From Chlorokybus atmophyticus (Eukaryota; Plantae; Mesostigma and Chlorokybus algae), in NCBI GenBank assembly GCA_009103225.1, contig RHPI01002069.1, positions 2,566,846 through 2,630,845 on the forward strand: DNA of 64,000 bases, given 5' to 3'. The notes beneath the pieces were generated by a model. It searched no databases. It saw only the letters and a program-made list of their open reading frames with translations, and was not told the origin of the DNA. The position numbers were made by a program, and so were the translations under genes. Shown piece by piece: positions 39,172 through 50,506 of this stretch (position 1 is the stretch's first letter; each line of letters starts with the position of its first letter).

Positions 39172-42100
39172 TCACGCGTACACATGGTATGTGCGAAACT
39201 TGCTGATGTGAGGGTAGGTTCGGCCCTGCTCGCGCCAAGTATCATGATCAAGCTTAACCCAGTGCATGAGCTTGCACAAGGTAAGCCTCCCGACAACTTC
39301 ACCAATGTGGTCGTCTTTCACCCTCCAGACACCGGGCGCGATGCGTGCAAGGTAATCGACCTCAACCTGCTTGTCCTCCTCTAATATGTTCATAACCACA
39401 GCATACCAGGGCCCGGGATCATCCTCGTCGCAGGCGTCTTCTTCTTCCACGGCAGGTGCCTTGCGCATGTTTGCTCTATTACTGCGACGTGGCTGCTGGA
39501 TTGCGCGTGCATTGCTGTCGTTGAGTTGCTCCTGCAACTCCATGCAAAACTCGTTCGCAGGTTCTGTGGGCAACTTCAAGTCTCAACCGGAATTGGCTTG
39601 ATCGCGTATTTGCACCACCTCGCCGACTTTACGCCAGATGGGGACATCAACATCGCCGGCCTTGACATGCAAGTCAGGGTTCTGTAGATCATATGCTAGT
39701 TGCGGAGCTCTGTCAGCCTTGGAACCAGCTTTGGTCTGCCGACTGGGCAGCAGCATGAACTTTCGTAGGAGTCTATCAAATGGAATACATACTTCGTCGG
39801 AGCTCAAAGCCTTCACCAGAGCCGACCTTGTGTCAAGGTCACGATACAAGGCACCAGCTATGTCTGTGTACATGACGTATTGGCGACCAGTAATGAAGCC
39901 TTGAGGCTTCTTTTTGTAGATATGCACAAATACTTGCTTAACAGCAATGTAACTGTGGTCGTCTGTTACAACGTTGTCAAGGCCTAAGGGCGACTCTGTT
40001 CTGCACAGTAGAACACAAAGCTTGGTAGCAGTCAGACAGCAAGCACAACGGCACGTGTGAGGACAACAATAGCAAGCGATCTTACCTGTGAATCTCACCA
40101 TTAAGCAGCACAGCCTTGTAGTGGTAAGCCATATTCTGCACGAGATGCCTAGCATTTGCTCTGATGTGCCTGCTGACCATCTCAAACCGTTTTAAGCTTA
40201 GTGGTGTGGGTTGACCTGGCAGCTGGCCAATAAGTATGCCTCGCGCAAGAATGTCTTGTGACTCAGATCGGTGTGGACACGTCTCAGCCTTCTTCCAGAG
40301 TTCCAAAGCCTTGCTTTGGCTGGGCGCTTTGTACCAGAAACCTCCAACACCGCTGGACACGCGATGGGACCGCAACTGCAGCTGAACCCGTGTTGCAAAG
40401 ACCATGCCCGTGCGCTGGTCTTCGCGCAAGACAGTAAGCAGTCGCTCGTACCACAAGCGTACGTGACGATGTATGTAGCTGAACACATACTCTTTGTTGT
40501 TGGTGCTGGTCTCCAAGTGGTCTGAGACAGCGCGCTCGAAGACGTAGCACCAGTACACATCATGGCTGCCGTGGCGAAAGATATTGTCCAGCAGATGACC
40601 TGCTCTAGCAGCATGCTCTAGAGGTCTCAAGTTGTGGCCAAAGCATTTTTCTGAGTTGATACGCCAGTAACGCAGTAAGCTGTCTGCCAGTCTGAGGGTG
40701 TCTTCGGTCCAGCCATTGAAGCGGGAGTGGCGATAGAGCAGGCAGATGAGCTTGTGTAAGAACATGAAGACGTCGCGCATGTGCGAAGTCAGCAAGCCCG
40801 TTGTCACGTAAGGTGCAAAGTCTTGCATAAACTTCTGGTAGTCTTTTGCCTTCCACCAGCCCAGCCTGTCTGTAATCCCCTTTGGAGAGCGCCCGGATCG
40901 CATTTCCTTGATCAAGGCTGTGAAGTCCTTAAGCCTGGCCTCCATCAAGGGAACATCCACCACCCTTTCGTGCTCCCTTTGCAAAAATTGCATGGCAGAG
41001 GCCCTTCACTTGACCTTCACACAAGGTGTGCATGACGTCGTACACCACGTCCTTGAGTGGGCTGAAGCCGTAGGCATGGTAGAGGCGCCACAGTTGGCTC
41101 CTGCCTGTGACACCTGTCTCCATGCTGATTTGTGTTCCAATAGCAAGGGTAGCAGCAGTCTCCAGCTTATCAATGTTGGTCAGAGTCTCTTGTTCTTCTT
41201 GTTGAAGGACTAGCATGCACATGTAGCTGAGGCAAGCATAAACACACAGAGACAGAGCTACCGCCAGCAGAGCATACACAAGTCACATCACATTCATCTA
41301 TTACAAGTTGTCCGCTGGTTCTTATACCAGCCAGTTACCCACACGTCTACGTTTGCAAGCACTGCGTAAGCTATACTCAGCCTTTTGACGCGCTCTAAGC
41401 TGCGTTGTCTTTTTTACAGCTAGAGCTTTCCAACAAGCACTTACACGCCTAATATGAGTAAGTATACACGAAGATACAAAGCAGTTAGTAAGGCTCTTGT
41501 CTGGAGTCCGGAGTCTGGTCCGACGACGCCATCTTGCTAAGTCTGGACCTAGTGCTCGTCCTTACGACCTTCTACTCCTGTGTGGAGGGTCGATGCTGAT
41601 CGTATGTAGGAATGACTCTCAACACTTCTCTCTCAGGCCATGGATGTCTTGAGTGCATGAAGTTCTGATCGTAGCGGTAGACCTTCTGGTAGGTGTTGAG
41701 CTCCACTGCTTGGGAGTTGCTAGGACCAGCTGGACCATTGCTGGTTGATGCAGCAGCACGCTTCTTGCTAGCAGGTTGCTTCCACTTCTTCTTCTTCTTC
41801 TCAGCCGCCTGCTTCTTATTTCTGCTAGCAGGCTTTGCCTGGCTGCTAGACTTGGAAACAGCCTTCTGCTTCTTGGAAACAGCCTTCTGCTTCTTGCAAG
41901 CAGACACCTGCTCGTCATCGGACTCTGGAGCAGCCTTGCGCTTTACAGGCCTTTGGGCTTCTTCCATGTAGGGCTGGGCCTTACACCAGCATCTGCGGCA
42001 GCCCAAGATGCCACCATCTTTCATCTTCAGTATCTGACACTGGGCTGGGTGATCACCAGCCCAGATGAGCAGCATCGCACGCAAGCGCGCGGTAGCGCCA

Positions 42101-43428
42101 GCTGCTTGAGAGTGCGTGTCAGGGCAAACTTCAGAGGTGGGGAGGGCGTATTTGCAGGTGAAGCCCTTAAGCAGCAGTGATTCGAGCTCGTCTATAAGTG
42201 GCCTCAAAAAGGGGTCCATGTTGTCAACCCCCTTGGGAAGCTGATCTTTGGGCACAAAACCCACAGGAAGAAGCGAAGACGTCTGCACGCTCAACAACTT
42301 GCCTCCGTTCAAGATGGCCACATTGATCATCAGCGTGTTGCGGGGGCTGGTGCTGGTTGTGGTGAAGCCGTCCCAGTGGCCAATGAAGATGAGGTTCCTC
42401 AGGTCACCGCGGGCCACATGCTTGAAAGGACAGGTGACCTGCTTGCAGGTGCGACACCGAAACCTCCACTGCGGCCCATCATCACTGTCGCCTTCAGTGA
42501 AGTGGTGACCTGGTCTGTGAACTGTCTGGCAGTGCTCGCATCTGACTGGCAGCCAGTAAGTCTTCTTGGGGTTGAAAAAATCGGAGATCTCCCTCATACA
42601 AGATCCATCCCAGACGTCATGTTGACTTGCAAGAGGTATTGCAGGAGCTTTGTCAAGCCACCGCTCCCGGTGCAGCCAGGCCTGGAGCCATTAATGACAG
42701 ATGGTTGGCACGCTCAACATGAGCTGCAACCTTGGCCTGAGAGGGAGATAGTAGAAGCTCGTGCCTTCCTTGCGTTTTTAGGTGCAGTCTGGGCACTGCT
42801 CTTTTGCCATGGCCTTGCGCTCCTTCTCGCGCTGCCGGTAGCTGGAGCGCATGGAGTCTTCATCTTGCGCAACGAGCTCAGCATTTGGATAGGGCTTGTC
42901 GAACAGATGGCCGCAGGCACAAACACAATGATGCAGTGTTGAAGGCATCCCCATGCGCTCAAACATGCCAATCAGGCTCTTGCAAGTAGTAGGCAGCTTG
43001 AAGCCTCCCCCCCCCCCCCCTCTGCCTTCGCTCTTCTCATCGAACAATCTGTTCTTAGCCAAAGCCATCAGGGAGCTTTCGCCCTTAAAGAGGACAGGGA
43101 GCGGTTTGTTACAGCAGTCCTGCGAGACTCCAGCTTCGTCTAGGATGGATGAGATCTCGATTATCTTATCCAGGTAAGTTGTAGACGTCTGCTGCAGGTC
43201 AGGCATCTTGTCTGCATTAAAGCTGTCCAAAGTCGGTTGCACAATGGGAATGCTCCTCAGCCGTCTGGCCGCCTCGTCTTTGGCCAAGTGCGCATTGATG
43301 ACCAAGCGCGGCTGCATGATCTGCGACACAGTAAGGGTGTGTAAGCAACGTGCATGGAGGGTCGCTCGTTCATCAGCGCAGGCCAAGCGAAGCAACTTAC
43401 CAAGCCTTTGCACTGGGAGCAGAGGCAA
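39172..43428 (-). pseudogene. CACTA/EnSpm TnpD-like (Transposase_21) transposase, interrupted by a solo LTR, frameshifts and stops; further 5' exons probably upstream
   Basis: LPTTCK..HHCVCACGHLF..CPDC; YYLPLRPRLQ; HWDGF; DPFLRPLIDELESLLLKGF; LRAMLLIWAGDHPA..GILGCRRC; VYDVMHTL; WKAKDYQKF; HGSHDVYWCYVFERAV; BAH-like C-terminal block; additional terminal domain at 39172-39579. Confidence 0.88.
41200..41624 (-). mobile_element. Solo LTR C (related family), 425 bp, inserted in the transposase exon
   Basis: TGTTG...CAACA with TSD CTTCT (41195-99, 41625-29). Removing it restores HPWPERE|EQETLTNIDKL. The reverse complement shares CCAGACTTAGCAAGA and GACTCCGGAC with LTR A/B. Confidence 0.9.
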
Positions 43429-44411
43429 AGGTCGCGACTGAAGGTTGGAGGCTGCTCAGGCTCAGGCTCTTGGTTGCCAGAATGATCACATTGCTCGGCG
43501 GCTCAAAAGTCCGGCATCTCTGGAGAAGATTGTTCTGCTGTCTGCTGGTTGGACAGGTGTGGTTGATCTTCAGGCGTAGGCTCAGCCTCCACGGCATCTT
43601 CAGGCGCAAGCCCGGGCTATAAGGCAGACGCAGGTGCAGGCTCGAGCTCTAAGGCAGACGCAGGTGCAGGCAGCTGCAAATCACCTCCTCCTCCAGTGAG
43701 GTGCGGGCTGATGTTTGTTGAACGCGCTTGCTGGGCGGCCCTCATCCCTTTAAGCAGTGACCGTTTAGCACGTACACTGGCTTTGCGTGGCTTCCCACCA
43801 GCATGCTTGATCAGTGTAAGCATTTCATCAAACTGCTCACGCTCGCGCAGAACGGCAGACGGTTGAACAATGCGTCATGCCATGGCTGCAGATGATTGCG
43901 TGTAAGTTGGACTTGAATACTGCTAACAATGACAGCATATGAGGGACAACTTGGGGGCTAATAGTGTTGAGAAGCAAGCATGCAAGTGAAGATGGCAAGC
44001 AATGACACGCGGGAGAAGGCAACACACTTCCCGATTTATTACCAACAGACCGCGGGGTGATATACCCGCCAGTCAGTACACAGTTTGTACACACTGCTGG
44101 TCTACATGCAACAGCGTCCGATATACTGAACCATATCCTACGCTGTAAGATGTGCCACGTAGCTAACTTGATAAGCTTTGTAACAAGCTATGCCACGTTC
44201 TATAAGACTGAGTATCCTAGGAGATATGACGATTCTCTTAGGACCCTTCTCTGCAGTCCGCGCCAGGACCTTCATGTCCGGAGTCTTCGAGGTCCTCCCA
44301 TCGAGGTCCCTTCTCTTCTCTCTTGTATGCAGGGCAGGCTGACCGGATGTAGGAATATCTTCAACACTCCCACGCGGGCAGCTTGGCCTCCAACGCTTGG
44401 TCTTCTTTCAC

Positions 44412-47400
44412 CTAAGCACATATGCCGAGTCCCTTGCAACATGCCTTGAACTTCAGCGGTAACAGTGGCTTCGTCATGAAGTCCGCGAGCATGTCTTCCG
44501 TATTGCAATATTGGAACTCAACCTCCTTGCGTGTGACTCTGTCTCGCTCAAAGTGATGCATGCCATCAATGTGCTTTGTCCTTGTCGAGGCAATGGGGTG
44601 CTTCAGCAACTTGATGGCGCCTTGGTTGTCGCAGTTGATCGTGATACACGCCATCGGGTGCTCCAGATTTGCCATCAGCTTGCAAAGCCATAATGCCTCC
44701 TTCACTGCAGCCGATGCTGCCATGTACTCCGCTTCCGAAGTAGATGCAGCTGTTGTGGGTTGCAGCATACTGTTCCAGCTCACCACGCCTCCATTCAACT
44801 TGAAGACGTACGCCGTGGTGGACCTCCTGCTATCGAGGTCACCTGCAAAGTCTGCGTCGCAATAGCCCTCCATCTCTGTGCTTCCGCAACCAAACTTGAT
44901 GCCAACACTTGCGCTTCCAGCCACGTAGCGCAATACTCCCTTCGCTGCACGCCAGTGCTCCATGCTTGGTGCAGACATGTAGCGCGCAAGCACTCCAACT
45001 GCATGTGCGATGTCGGGTCTTGTGCACACTGCTAGGTAGAGCATACTCCCAACAAGCTCACCATAGGGATATTGAGCCTTGTCGAGTACTTCCTTATCTT
45101 TCGCTTTGACGAGGTTGGTGCCGAGTGCCAATGGAGTAGACTTGGTCTTTGCTTCGTTGAGTCCGAACTTGGTGACAAGTTGCTTCACCATCTGCTCTTG
45201 GCTGATCTTGATTGTGCGTGCTGCTCTGTCACGCTCTATCACCATGCCAAGAAATAACTTGACCTCTCCAAGGTCGCGTACTGCGAATGCTTGCTGCAAT
45301 CCGTGCTTCGTTTGCTTCAGGTCTTCAACTTGCTTGGCCGTGACGATGATGTCGTCCACATACACGAGCAAGTAAACCTTCTTCTCTTCATGGATGAAGA
45401 GCCCCGGATCCGCTGAGGATGCTTTGTAGCCGAGTTTCTCCAACTCTTTCGTGAGGCGAATGTGCCACACACGTGGTGCTTGTCGCAGCCCATACAAAGC
45501 CTTGATCAACTTGCAAGCCATGCCTGGCTCCCCTTCTGCGTAGCCTGGTGGTTGCTTGGTGTAGATCTCTTCCTCCAGCTCTCCGTAAAGGAAAGCAGTC
45601 TTCACATCAAGGTGGTGACACTCGAGGTCTTCAGCAGCAACCATGGCGATCAATGTGCGGAAGGTTGCATGCTTACTTGCAGGTGCAAACACTTCATTGA
45701 AATCCACACCTTCTTGTTGCAAAAATCCCTTTGCCACCAACCTTGCCTTGTAGCGCTCGATGTTGCCTTGACCATCACGCTTCACCTTGAACACCCACTT
45801 GACCGGAATGGGCTTCACACCTTGCGGGGGCTTCTCCAACACCCATGTGTTGTTGGCATGGAGTGATGCAATCTCATCATCCATAGCTCGCTGCCATTGT
45901 TCTGCATCTGGTGCTCGCAATGCCTCCTCGTAGGTGCTTGGTTCTTCACTCTCGTCATTGTGCACACTAGCGATGTGTGCCTTGTAGAAGTCAGGTGCTT
46001 GTCTTTCCCTCACTGGGTAGCGTCGAGCTTGCTCCTGCTGCTTCTGCTTCTCGCCTGCTACAGATGAGCCCTGCTCTTTATTGATGACTGATGCCTCGCC
46101 TTCAACCTCTTCTCTGCTTGAAAGCTCTTCAGGTTGTGCTTTGTCATCTTCATCTTGAGGGTAGAAACCTTCTTCAGCTTCAACTTGTGATGAGCCTTCG
46201 TGGAACACGACTTCTCTGCTTACCACAATCTTGCGCGTGTCCTTCAGTAGGACCTTGTACGCCTTTGAGCCTGGTTCGTAGCCAACGAAGATGCCCTTCT
46301 TGCTGACCGGCTCCAACTTGTGTCGTAATTGACTTGGTACAAGTGCATATGCCACACATCCGAACACGCGCATGCCACTCACATCTGGCGCTTCACCGTA
46401 AAAGAGCTCCCACGGAGTCTTTTGCTCAGAGCTTATCGGTGAACGGTTGCGGATGTAGTTGGCAGTGAGAACGGCCTCTTTCCACAGACTGTCCTCCAAC
46501 TTGGTGTCATTGAGCATGGCTCGAACACGCTCCAACAACGTTCGGTTGAGACGTTCAGCTGCTCCATTCTGCTGCGGAGTGTATGGTGCTGTTGTCTCAT
46601 GCCGTATGCCTTTGCTGGCGAAGAACTCTTTGAGCTGGGCGTTGATGTACTCCCCTCCTCGATCACTTCTCATTGCTTTCATCTTCTTGCCCGATTGAAT
46701 CTCAAGCAATGCAATGACTGTACGCACAGCTCCAGCGACTTCTGACTTTTGAATCAAAGGGAAGACGATGGAAAGCTTGCTGTAGTCGTCGAGGAATGTT
46801 GCAAAGTACCTTACCCCTCCTTTTGCCACAATGCGCATAGGCCCGCAAACGTCCATGTGCACAAGCTCGCACGGATGTTTGCTACTTGAAGAAGATGATG
46901 AGAACGGCATGCGATGCTGCTTGGCCAACACACAGGGTTCACAGAGCGTAGTTGAAGACGCTTGAAAATCTTCCTTGCTCCCAGTAATGCCCTTCACCAT
47001 GTTTTCAGCGACCAGGCGTGTGAGGTTGCTGTAGCCCAAATGCCCGAACCTTCGATGCCAAAGCTCAGCCGTCTCCTTCTCCTTCACAATCATGGCCTTG
47101 CTGCCATGAGTCTGCTCCACAATGTAGAGCCCTCCTCGTTGGGTGCCGACCATGTACTCGACCCCATCAATGCGTACGGAGCAGCGTCCCTCTCGGATCA
47201 CTATCTTAGCTCCCACGCGCTCAGCAACTCTCACAGAAAACAAGCTTGCAGCAGCTCCAGGTACGTGCAATACTTCACGCAGTACCACCTCTCTCTCACC
47301 ATCACCAATCTTGCATTGAAGCCTCACTTCACCAACTCCTATTGCTTCCAACTCGTGACCACTAAAGCCTTCCACCTTCCTTGTGGTTGACATCTTCCTG

Positions 47401-48293
47401 TAGTTCTCCATCACCTCCTTGTGCGGTGTGAGATGCTGGTCACAGCCTGAATCAATTGCCCATGAAGTTGTATCAAACTTCCTTGAGGCAGTAAATGCAA
47501 CACCCTTTTCTTTGCGATGAGCGTTGCTACTGGTGCCTGCTTCAGATTGCTCTCGTTGGCGCTTACGACAATCCTTTGAGATATGTCCTTTAATACCACA
47601 ATAGTGGCATGTGAGATTCTTGAACTTTGAGTTGCTGCCTTTCGCCTTGTTCTTGTCTTCATAGTTGCTTAATTTCTTGTATTTGTCTCGTGTGTAGAAG
47701 GCCACAGAGTCCGCTTGCTCTTCCTTCTTTGAGACGCGTTGCTCCACAGTGAGCAACTTGGGTAGCACATCGTCTAGGGTTAGCTCCGATGACGATGTCT
47801 CGAGCAGAGTAGCGACAACTTCGTACTCTAATGGCAGTCCTGCAACAATCGCCAATACGACCTCCGTCACTTCCATCTTGTGGCCGATGTTGATGAGGTC
47901 CGCCCACAGCTCTCTCGCACGTGCAACATACTTTGTGACCGGCTCGGCAGTCTCTTTATGAAGCGCGCTTAGCTGCTTGCGTAATTGTATCTTTCTGGCG
48001 TTGTTCTTGGCTTGAAATACGGCTGCAAGCTTCTCCCAAGCTTGTCTGCCATCTTCACATGCTGTGAGCATGGGAAAGTGATGTGGCTTGCAGTTAAGCA
48101 CCATCAAGGAATGTGCTTCAACTGAGTGCTTAAGCCAGATGCTTTCTTCTCCTGCTCTTGGTGCAAATGCCTTCGGGTCAACATACTTCCACATCTTCTT
48201 GTGGATAAGTAGTGCCTTCATTTCTACGCACCAAGTGCTGTAGTTGTTTGTGTCCAGCTTTGTGATCAGCCCTTTATCGTAGCTTGCCTCCAT
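44412..48293 (-). CDS. Copia gag-pol polyprotein, 1293 aa (gag, CCHC, PR, IN, RT, RNase H)
   Basis: CHYCGIKGHISKDC; WAIDSGC; LWHRRFGH..CEPC; HMDVCGP, RSDRGGEY, AERLNRTL; YKARLVAKG, LDVKTAFL, YVDDI; GYCDADFAG, EAEY, CDNQGAI, KHID. Confidence 0.97.
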   Translation of the reverse strand: MEASYDKGLITKLDTNNYSTWCVEMKALLIHKKMWKYVDPKAFAPRAGEESIWLKHSVEAHSLMVLNCKPHHFPMLTACEDGRQAWEKLAAVFQAKNNARKIQLRKQLSALHKETAEPVTKYVARARELWADLINIGHKMEVTEVVLAIVAGLPLEYEVVATLLETSSSELTLDDVLPKLLTVEQRVSKKEEQADSVAFYTRDKYKKLSNYEDKNKAKGSNSKFKNLTCHYCGIKGHISKDCRKRQREQSEAGTSSNAHRKEKGVAFTASRKFDTTSWAIDSGCDQHLTPHKEVMENYRKMSTTRKVEGFSGHELEAIGVGEVRLQCKIGDGEREVVLREVLHVPGAAASLFSVRVAERVGAKIVIREGRCSVRIDGVEYMVGTQRGGLYIVEQTHGSKAMIVKEKETAELWHRRFGHLGYSNLTRLVAENMVKGITGSKEDFQASSTTLCEPCVLAKQHRMPFSSSSSSSKHPCELVHMDVCGPMRIVAKGGVRYFATFLDDYSKLSIVFPLIQKSEVAGAVRTVIALLEIQSGKKMKAMRSDRGGEYINAQLKEFFASKGIRHETTAPYTPQQNGAAERLNRTLLERVRAMLNDTKLEDSLWKEAVLTANYIRNRSPISSEQKTPWELFYGEAPDVSGMRVFGCVAYALVPSQLRHKLEPVSKKGIFVGYEPGSKAYKVLLKDTRKIVVSREVVFHEGSSQVEAEEGFYPQDEDDKAQPEELSSREEVEGEASVINKEQGSSVAGEKQKQQEQARRYPVRERQAPDFYKAHIASVHNDESEEPSTYEEALRAPDAEQWQRAMDDEIASLHANNTWVLEKPPQGVKPIPVKWVFKVKRDGQGNIERYKARLVAKGFLQQEGVDFNEVFAPASKHATFRTLIAMVAAEDLECHHLDVKTAFLYGELEEEIYTKQPPGYAEGEPGMACKLIKALYGLRQAPRVWHIRLTKELEKLGYKASSADPGLFIHEEKKVYLLVYVDDIIVTAKQVEDLKQTKHGLQQAFAVRDLGEVKLFLGMVIERDRAARTIKISQEQMVKQLVTKFGLNEAKTKSTPLALGTNLVKAKDKEVLDKAQYPYGELVGSMLYLAVCTRPDIAHAVGVLARYMSAPSMEHWRAAKGVLRYVAGSASVGIKFGCGSTEMEGYCDADFAGDLDSRRSTTAYVFKLNGGVVSWNSMLQPTTAASTSEAEYMAASAAVKEALWLCKLMANLEHPMACITINCDNQGAIKLLKHPIASTRTKHIDGMHHFERDRVTRKEVEFQYCNTEDMLADFMTKPLLPLKFKACCKGLGICA

Positions 48294-48349
48294 CTTTGCC
48301 GCGCCTGCTTTCTTCTTGCAGTTAGCACTTGAGACTTGCTTTGATAATC

Positions 48350-48590
48350 TTCACGTGTTGTGACTTGAGTGACTTTGTTGACTTCAGTATCTTTAATCTA
48401 CACTTCACTCTTGAGTGACTTCAATGACTTCGGTCTTGAATGACTTCGGTCTTCACTTCACTCTCCAGCGCCTTCAGTCTTGAGTGACTTTGGTCTTCAC
48501 TTCAGTCTTCAGCGCCTTCAGTCTTGAGTGTCTTTAGTCTTCTCTTCACTCTTCAGTCTTGAGTGACTTCGAGCTTCACTTCAATGCACT
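48350..48590. repeat. Short tandem repeats in the copia 5' UTR
   Basis: Recurring CTTCAGTCTTGAGTGACTT(C/T)GGTCTTCACTTCA. Confidence 0.75.
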
Positions 48591-48647
48591 TTGTCACTTT
48601 TCTTCACTTCGCTTTCTTTCTCTTTCTCACACTCTTCACGCGTAGTG

Positions 48648-48660
48648 TGGGCCCATAACC
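48648..48660 (-). promoter_or_regulatory. Copia PBS GGTTATGGGCCCA (internal/half tRNA-iMet priming, Hemivirus type)
   Basis: The minus strand reads GGTTATGGGCCCA directly after the LTR end; this is the motif known for Drosophila copia-type priming. Confidence 0.85.
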
Positions 48661-50074
48661 TGTTGAGAAGCAAGCATGCAAGTGAAGAGGGCAAGCAATG
48701 ACACACAGGAGAAGGCAACACACTTCCCGATTTATTACCAACAGACCGCGGGGTTATATACCCGCCAGTCAGTACACAGTTTGTACACACTGCTGGTCTA
48801 CATGCAACAGCGTCCGATATACTGAACCATATCCTACGCTGTAAGATGTGCCACGTAGCTAACTTGATAAGCTTTNCCATAACCTGTTGAGAAGCAAGCA
48901 TGCAAATGAAGATGGCAAGCAATGACACACAGGAGAAGGCAACACACTTCCCGATTTATTACCAACAGACCGCGGGGTGATATACCCGCCAGTCAGTACA
49001 CAGTTTGTACACACTGCTGGTCTACATGCAACAGCGTCCGATATACTGAACCATATCCTACGCTGTAAGATGTGCCACGTAGCTAACTTGATAAGCTTTG
49101 TAACAAGCTATGCCACGTTCTATAAGACTGAGTATCCTAGGAGATATGACGATTCTCTTAGGACCCTTCTCTGCAGTCCGCGCCAGGACCTTCATGTCCG
49201 GAGTCTTCGAGGTCCTCCCATCGAGGTCCCTTCTCTTCTCTCTTGTATGCAGGGCAGGCTGACCGGATGTAGGAATATCTTCAACATCATCTCTTAGGAC
49301 CCTTCTCTGCAGTCCGCGCCAGGACCTTCATGTCCGGAGTCTTCGAGGTCCTCCCATCGAGGTCCCTTCTCTTCTCTCTTGTATGCAGGGCAGGCTGACC
49401 GGATGTAGGAATATCTTCAACAAATAGTTGGCAGCAGCGGTCACTGACATCTTGGATTTAGCAAATGGAAACAGAGCAACTACAAGCATTCACCATGAAC
49501 AAGTGAGACACTGCATGCAAGACGCCCAGCAGCAAGCTAACAGACTGTAAGGCAGACACTCTCGACCAAGCCTCACTGACAGAGCAGATCAAGCAACAAT
49601 ATCAAGCTAGCATAAGCCTTACCAGCAAGAGCTCGTGAGCAGAAGTAGCTCCTTCTCCCCAGTAGCTTGTCAGCTGCTCCGCTCCACAGCAGCAGCAGTT
49701 TTGCTCCGCCGCAGCAGCACTTCCGCTTTGCAGTAGCAGCAGTTCCGCTTCGCAGCAGCAGCTCAATTTAACAGCAGCAACAGCTCAGCCGCCCTCAAAA
49801 ACCCAAGAACTCAGACACAGCTTCATCCAACCTGCCGCAGCTCAGCTCCAGCTCCAGCTGCTGTGTGTTTTCTGCCAGCTTCTGCTTCTTTGCAGAAGCA
49901 GCTTCGGCCAAAGACCATCAGCAGCACCACCAGCACCAGCTCACGCCACGAGCTTCTCCAAGTAACCCAGCAGCAGCAGCTCCCGCCGCCGCCTCCTTCT
50001 CTTCCTCCAAGCTTGCAGCTCAGCTCGAGCTCAGGCCCAGCTCCGCTCAGCTCCAAGGCTGCTGGTCGGTACGA

Positions 50075-50506
50075 GTGTGTTGTGCCGTTCTCGGCACAAG
50101 CCACTGCTGTAATCCGCTGCCGGTCACAGCGCAGGAGGAGAGAAGGCTGCTGCTTTGCTACGGTACAACTACTGTGCCGCTCTTGGCAAAGTTTTCTGCA
50201 CCGGTAGCGGCACAATGAGTCGCGAACCGTCAACGGATCGCTGGTGTCGTGCCGTGATTGGGATGTGGAACCTTGTACCGATCACGGCACCAGCTCTGTT
50301 GTGCTGACTTCAGCTTGGACTGCCTTGTGCCGTCAATGGCACAAAGCAGCAAAGGCGCCGACGTCGGCACAAGACTGCAGTCTGCGTACCGACCGCGGAC
50401 GGCTTTTCCTACCAAGAAGTCCCGACGGCACGACCTGGTTGTGCCGACGGCGTCGAAGAAGTTGACTGCCTGTGCCGTGAACGGCACGCACTGCAGGCAC
50501 CAAGTG
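50075..50506. repeat. Right subterminal CGGCACA/TGTGCCG repeat array of the CACTA-like element
   Basis: About 10 motif copies in both orientations, ending in the TIR. Confidence 0.85.

Larger units (their letters stand above)
43965..49422 (-). mobile_element. Ty1/copia LTR retrotransposon, intact and young
   Basis: 402-bp LTRs at 43965-44366 and 48885-49286 (~3 differences), TSD AATAG (43960-64, 49423-27) and a single uninterrupted gag-pol ORF. Extra LTR pieces at 48661-48875 and 49291-49422 surround an N gap. Confidence 0.97.
32351..50506 (-). mobile_element. Large multi-gene CACTA/EnSpm-like DNA transposon (18.2 kb; ~11.8 kb without nested LTR elements)
   Basis: 16-bp TIR CACATGGCGCCTGCAG at 32351 versus CTGCAGGCACCAAGTG ending at 50506 (2 mismatches). 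Flanks AAT/AAG are a possible imperfect 3-bp TSD. Dense subterminal CGGCACA/TGTGCCG repeats at both ends. Encodes a TnpD/Transposase_21-like protein. Its removal rejoins the pogo ORF. Confidence 0.88.

Noticed and set aside
48661-49422. Apparent triple or tandem 5' LTR of the copia
   Set aside because: The partial copy ends at an N (48876) and restarts with overlapping PBS sequence; the terminal ~130-bp duplication is adjacent. Most likely an assembly artefact; needs long reads.
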